Assembly (NCBI RefSeq): GCF_006345805.1
Contig: NW_021832659.1
Coordinates: forward strand, 1-27,679
From: Octopus sinensis
Lineage: Eukaryota
Reading direction: 5' to 3'
Length of the DNA stretch: 27,679 bases
In this document: positions 21,801 through 27,679 of the stretch, piece after piece
How positions within the stretch are numbered: position 1 is the stretch's first letter
How the letters are laid out: the number at the start of each line of letters is the position of its first letter
Program-made: the position numbers and the translations under genes
Notes under the pieces: generated by a model
Told to the model about the DNA's origin: nothing
Databases searched by the model: none
The model's input: only the letters and a program-made list of their open reading frames with translations

Positions 21801-24800
21801 AAAGGTAAATACCTAGTAAGTTTGTAGCTTGTGCAGAATCCGGTGCTCTCGTAGGTACATCAGAACAACGGAAATACCTAGTAAGTCTGTAGCTTGTGCA
21901 AAATCCGCTGCTCCCGTAGGTACATCAGAACAAGGAAAAAACCTAGTAAGTCTGTAGCATGTGCAGAATCCGGTGTTCCCGTCGGTACATCAGAGTAAGG
22001 TAAATACCTAGTCAGTCTGTATCTTGTGCAGAGTCCGTTGCTCCCGTAGGTACATCAGAGCAAGGTAAATACCTAGTCAGTCTGTATCATGTGCAGAGTC
22101 CGTTGCTCCCGTAGGTACATAAGAACAAGGTAAATACCTAGTCAGTCAGAATCTTGTGCAGAGTCCGGTGCTCCCGTAGGTACATCAGAAGAAGGTAAAT
22201 ACCTAGTAAGACTGTAGCTTGTGCAGAATCCGGTGCTCTCGTAGGTACATCAGAACAAGGTAAATACCTAGTAAGTCTGTAGCTTGTGCAGAGACCGGTG
22301 CTCCCGTAGGTACATCAGAACAAGGTAAATACCTAGTAAGTCTGTACCTTGTGAAGAGTCCGGTGCTCCCTAGGTACATCAGAACAAGGTAAATACCTAG
22401 TAAGACTGTACCTTGTGCAGAGTCCGGTGCTCCCGGAGGTACATCAGAACAAGGGAAATACCTAGTAAGTCTGTAGCTTGTGCAAAATCCGCTGCTCCCG
22501 TAGGTACATCAGAACAAGGTAAAAACCTAGTTACTCTTTAGCTTGTGCAGAATCCGGTGCTCTCGTAGGTACATCAGAACAAGGTAAATACCTAGTAAGT
22601 CTGTAGCTTTCGCAGAATCCGCTGCTCCCATAGGTACATCAGAACAAGGTAAATACCTAGTAAGTCTGTAGCTTGTGCAGAATCCGGGGTTCCCGCAGGT
22701 ACATCAGAGCAAGGTAAATAGCTAGTCAGTCTGTATCTTGTGCAGAGTCCGGTGCTCCCGTAGGTACATCAGATCAAGGTAAATACCTAGTAAGTCTGTA
22801 GCTTGTGCAGAGTCCGGTGCTCCCGTATGTACATCAGAACAAGGTAAATAGCTAGTAAGTCTTTAGCTTGTGCAGAATCAGGTGCGCTCGTAGGTACATC
22901 AGAACAAGGTATATACCTAGTAAGTCTGTAGCTTGTGCAGAGTCCGGTGCTCCCGTAGGTACATCAGAACAAGGTAAATACCTAGTAAGTCTGTACCTTG
23001 TGCAGAGTCCGGTGCTCCCGTAGGTACATCAGAAAAAGGTAAATACCTAGTAAGTCTTTAGATTGTGCAGAATCCAGTGCTCTCGTAGGTACATCAGGAC
23101 AATTTAAATACCTAGTAAGTCTATAGCTTGTGCAGAATCCGCTGCTCCCGTAGGTACATCAGAGCAAGGTAAATACCTAGTCAGTCTGTATCTTGTGCAG
23201 AAACCGTTGTTCCCGTAGGGACATCAGAACAAGGTAAATACCTAGTCAGTCTGTATCTTGTGCAGAGTCCGGTTCCCCCGTATGTACATCAGAACAAGGT
23301 AAATAGCTTGTAAGTCTGTAGCTTGTGCAGAATCCGGTGCTCCCGAAGGTACATCAGAACAAGGTAAATACCTAGTAAGTCTGTAGCTTATGCACAATCC
23401 GGTGCTGCCGTAGGTACATCTGAACAAGGTAAATACCTAGTAAGTCTGTAGCTTGTGCAGAAACCGGTGCTCCCGTAGGTACATCAGAACAAGTTAAATA
23501 CCTAGTAAGTCTGTACCTTGTGCAGAGTCCGGTGCTCCCGTAGGTACATCAGAAAAAGGTAAATACCTAGTAAGTCTTTAGCTTGTGCAGAATCCAGTGC
23601 TCTCGTAGGTACATCAGAACAATTTAAATACCTAGTAAGTCTGTAGCTTGTGCAGAATCCGCTGCTCCCGTAGGAACATCAGAGCAAGGTAAATAGCTAG
23701 TAAGTCTGTAGCTTGTGCAGAATCCGGTGCTCCCGAAGGTACATCAGAACCAGGTAAATACCTAGTAAGTCTGTAGCTTATGCACAATCCGGTGCTCCCG
23801 TAGGTACATCTGAACAAGGTAAATACCTAGTAAGTCTGTAGCTTGTGCAGAGACCGGTGCTCCCGTAGGTACATCAGAACAAGTTAAATACCTAGTAAGT
23901 CTGTACCTTGTGCAGAGTCCGGTGCTCCCGTAGGTACATCAGAAAAAGGTAAATACCTAGTAAGTCTTTAGCTTGTGCAGAATCCGGTGCTCTCGTAGGT
24001 ACATCAGATCAAGGTAAATAGCTAGTAAGTCTGTAGCTTGTGCAGAATCCGCTGCTCCCGTAGGAACATCAGAACAATGTAAATACCTAGTAAGTCTGTA
24101 GCTTGTGCAGAGTCCGGTGCTCCCGTAGGTACATCAGAAAAAGGTAAATACCTAGTAAGTCTTTAGCTTGTGCAGAATCCAGTGCTCTCGTAGGTACATC
24201 AGAACAAGTTAAATACCTAGTAAGTCTGTAGCTTGTGCAGAATCCGCTGCTCCCGTAGGTACATCAGAGCAAGGTAAATACCTAGTCAGTCTGTATCTTG
24301 TGCAGAATCCGGTGTTCCCGTAGGTACATCAGAACAAGGTAAATACCTAGTCAGTCTGTATCTTGTGCAGAGTCCGTTGCCCCCGTATGTACATCAGAAC
24401 AAGGTAAATACCTAGTAAGTCTGTAGCTTGTGCAGAATCCGGGGCTCCCGAAGGTACATCAGAACCAGGTAAATACCTAGTAAGTCTGTAGCTTATGCAC
24501 AATCCGGTGCTCCCGTAGGTACATCTGAACAAGGTAAATACCTAGTAAGTCTGTAGCTTGTGCAGAGACCAGTGCTCCCGTAGGTACATCACAACAAGTT
24601 AAAAACCTAGTAAGTCTGTACCTTGTGCAGAGTCCGGTGCTCCCGTAGGTACATCAGAAAAAGGTAAATACCTAGTAAGTCTTTAGCTTGTGCAGAATCC
24701 GGTGCTCTCGTAGGTACATCAGAACAAGGTAAATAGCTAGTAAGTCTGTAGCTTGTGCAGAATCCGCTGCTCCCGTAGGAACATCAGAACAAGGTCAATA

Positions 24801-27679
24801 CCTAGTAAGTCTGTAGCTTGTGCAGAGTCCGGTGCTCCCGTAGGTACATCAGAAAAAGGTAAACACCTAGTAAGTTTGTAGCGTGTGCAGAATACGGTGC
24901 TCTCGTAGGTACATCAGAACAACGGAAATACCTAGTAAGTCTGTATCTTGTGCAGAGTCCGGTGTCCCGTAGGTACATCAGAGCAAGGTAAATACCTAGT
25001 AAGTCTGTAGCTTGTGCAGAGTCCGATGCTCCCGTATGTACATCAGAAAAAGGTAAATAGCTATTAAGTCTTTAGCTTGTGCAGAATCAGGTGCGCTCGT
25101 AGGTACATCGGAACAAGGTATATACCTAGTAAGTCTGTAGCTTGTGCAGAGTCCGGTGCTCCCGTAGGTACATCAGAACAAGGTAAATACCTAGTAAGTC
25201 TGTAGCTTGTGCAGAGTCCGGTGCTCCCGTAGGTACATCAGAACAAGGTAAATAGCTAGTAAGTCTGTAGCTTGTGCAGAGTCCGGTGCTCCCGTAGGTA
25301 CATCAGAACAAGTAAAATACCTAGTAAGTATGTAGCTTGTGCAGAATCCGGTGCTCCCGTAGGTACATCAGTACAAGGTATATACCTAGTAAGTCTGTAG
25401 CTTGTGCAGAGTCCGGTGCTCCCGTAGGTACATCAGAACAAGGTAAATACCTAGTAAGTCTGTACCTTGTGCAGAGTCCGGTGCTCCCGTAGGTACATCA
25501 GAAAAAGGTAAATAGCTAGTAAGGCTGTAGCTTGTGCAGAGTCCGGTGCTCCCGTAGGTAGATCAGAACAAGGTAAATACGTAGTAAGTCTGTACCTTGT
25601 GCAGAATCCAGTGTTCCCGTAGGTACATCAGAGCAAGGTAAATACCTAGTAAGTCTGTATCTGGTGCAGAGTCCGGTGCTCCCGTAGATACATCAGAGCA
25701 AGGTAAATACCTAGTCAGTCTTTATCATAAGCAGAGTCCGGTGCTCCCGTAGGTACATCAGAACAAGGTAAATACCTTGTCAGTCTGTAGCTTGTGCTTA
25801 GACCGGTGCTCCCGTAGGTACATCAGAAATAGGTAAATACCTTGTAAGTCTGTAGCTTTTGCAGAGTCCGGTGCCCCCATAGGTACATCAGAACAAGGTA
25901 AATACCTAGTAAGTCTGTAGCTTGTGCAGAGATCAGTGCTTCCGTAGGTACATCAGAACAAGGTATATACCTAGTAAGTCTGTAGCTTGTGCAGAGTCCG
26001 GTGCTCCCGTAGGTACATCAGAACAAGGTAAATAACTAGTAAGTCTGTACCTTTTGCTGAGTCCGGTGCTCCCGTAGGTACATCAGAAAAAGGTAAATAC
26101 CTAGTAAGTCTATAGCTTGTGCAGAATCCGGTGCGCTCGTAGGTACATCAGAACAAGGTATATACCTAGTAAGTCTGCAGCTTGTGCAGAGTCCGGTGCT
26201 CCCGTAGGTACATCAGAACAAGGTAAATATGTTGTAAGTCTGTACCTTGTGCAGAGTCCGGTGCTCCCGTAGGTACATCAGAAAAGCTAAATACCTAGTA
26301 AGTCTTTAGCTTGTGCAGATTCCGGTGCTCTCTTAGGTACATCAGAACAAGGTAAATACCTAGTAAGTCTGTAGCTTGTGCAGAATTCCCTGCTCCCGTA
26401 GGTACATCAGAACAAGGTAAATACGTGAGTAAGTCTGTACCTTGTGTAGAATCCGTGTTCCCGTAGGTACATCAGAGCAAGGTAAATACCTAGTAAGTCT
26501 GTATCTTGTGCAGAGTCCGGTGCTCCCGTAGGTACATCAGAGCAAGGTAAATACTAGTCAGTCTGTATATGTGCAGAGTCCGGTGCTCCCGTAGGTACAT
26601 CAGAACAAGGTAAATAACTTGTCAGTCTGTATTTGTGCAGAGTCCGGTGCTCCCGTATATACATCAGAACAAGGTAAATAGCTAGTAAGTCTGTCGCTTT
26701 TGCAGAGTCCGTGCTCCCGTAGGTACATCAGAACAAGGTAAATACCTAGTAAGTCTGTAGCTTGTGCAGAATTCGGGTTTCCCGTAGGTACATCAGAACA
26801 AGTATATACCTAGTAAGTCTGTAGCTTGTGCAGAGTCGGGTGGTCCCGTAGGTACATCAGAACAAGGTAAATACCTAGTAAATCTGTACTGTGCAGAGTC
26901 CGGTGTGCTCCCGTATGTACATCAGAAAAGGTAAATACCTAGTAAGTGTCTTTAGTTGCAGAATCCGGTGCGTTCGTAGGTACATCAGAACAAGGTATAT
27001 ACCTAGTAAGTCTGTAGCTTGTGCAGAGTCCGGTGCTCCCGTAGGTACATCAGAACAAGGTAAATACCTAGTAAGTCTGTAGCTTGTGCAGAGTCCGGTG
27101 CTCCCGTAGGTACATCAGAAAAAGCTAACTACCTAGTAAGTCTTTAGCTTGTGCAGAATACGGTGCTCTCGTAGGTACATCAGAACAAGGTAAAAACCTA
27201 GTTAGTCTGTAGCTTGTGCAGAATCCCCTGCTCCCGTAGGTACATCAGAACAAGGTAAATACGTAGTAAGTCTGTACCTTGTGCAGAGTCCGGTGCTCCC
27301 GTATGTACATCAGAACAAGGTAAATAGCTAGTAAGTCTGTAGCTTGTGCAGCGTCCGGTACTCCGTAGGTACAAAACAGACACGTTAAATAACTAGTAAG
27401 TCTGTAGCTTGTGCAGAATCCGGTGCTCCCGTAGGTACATCAGAACAAGGTAAATAACTAGTAAGTCTGTAGCTGTGCCAGAACTTCCGGTGCTCCCGTA
27501 GGTACATCAGAACAAGGTAAACACCTAGTAAAGTATGTAGCTTGTGCAGAGACCATGTGCTCCGTAGGTACATCAGAACAAGGTAAATACCTATAAGTCT
27601 GTAGCTTGTGCAGAGACGGTGCTCCCGTAGGTACATCAGAACAGGTAAATACCTTGTAAGTCTGTAGCTTGTGCAGAGT
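15833..27679. repeat. 65-bp tandem satellite, about 182 copies, running off the window, with higher-order structure
   Basis: Consensus GCTTGTGCAGAGTCCGGTGCTCCCGTAGGTACATCAGAACAAGGTAAATACCTAGTAAGTCTGTA; 11847/65 is about 182. Confidence 0.98.

Noticed and set aside
16730-27636. Short ORFs in the 65-bp array
   Set aside because: Chance loss of stop codons in variant monomers; their spacing (1949, 390, 715 bp) only mirrors the higher-order repeat.
15833-27679. CRISPR array (65-bp period resembles repeat plus spacer)
   Set aside because: The whole monomer repeats with no unique spacers, there are no cas genes, and the context is eukaryotic.

Overview
Eukaryotic, almost entirely non-coding DNA. 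The SINE families and dense (TA)n/(CA)n microsatellites look like a coleoid cephalopod, probably Octopus; this is recognition from memory, not a database result. Zone 1 (1-8143) is a retroposon and microsatellite patchwork. It holds about 12 full, partial or degenerate copies of one tRNA-derived SINE (family 1), a 184-bp-period tandem trimer of a second tRNA-derived SINE (family 2), and a 5'-truncated minus-strand L1/Tx1-like LINE 3' end. The LINE shares its last ~50 nt with family 2 and appears to split a possible 109-bp host exon. Zone 2 (8144-15824) is about 79 copies of a 97-bp, strongly C-skewed satellite. Zone 3 (15833-27679, open-ended) is about 182 copies of an unrelated 65-bp satellite with an irregular ~27-30-monomer higher-order repeat. 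Only 8 bp separate the two arrays. No intact gene, rRNA, functional tRNA or CRISPR array is supported; the supplied ORFs are almost all repeat translations.
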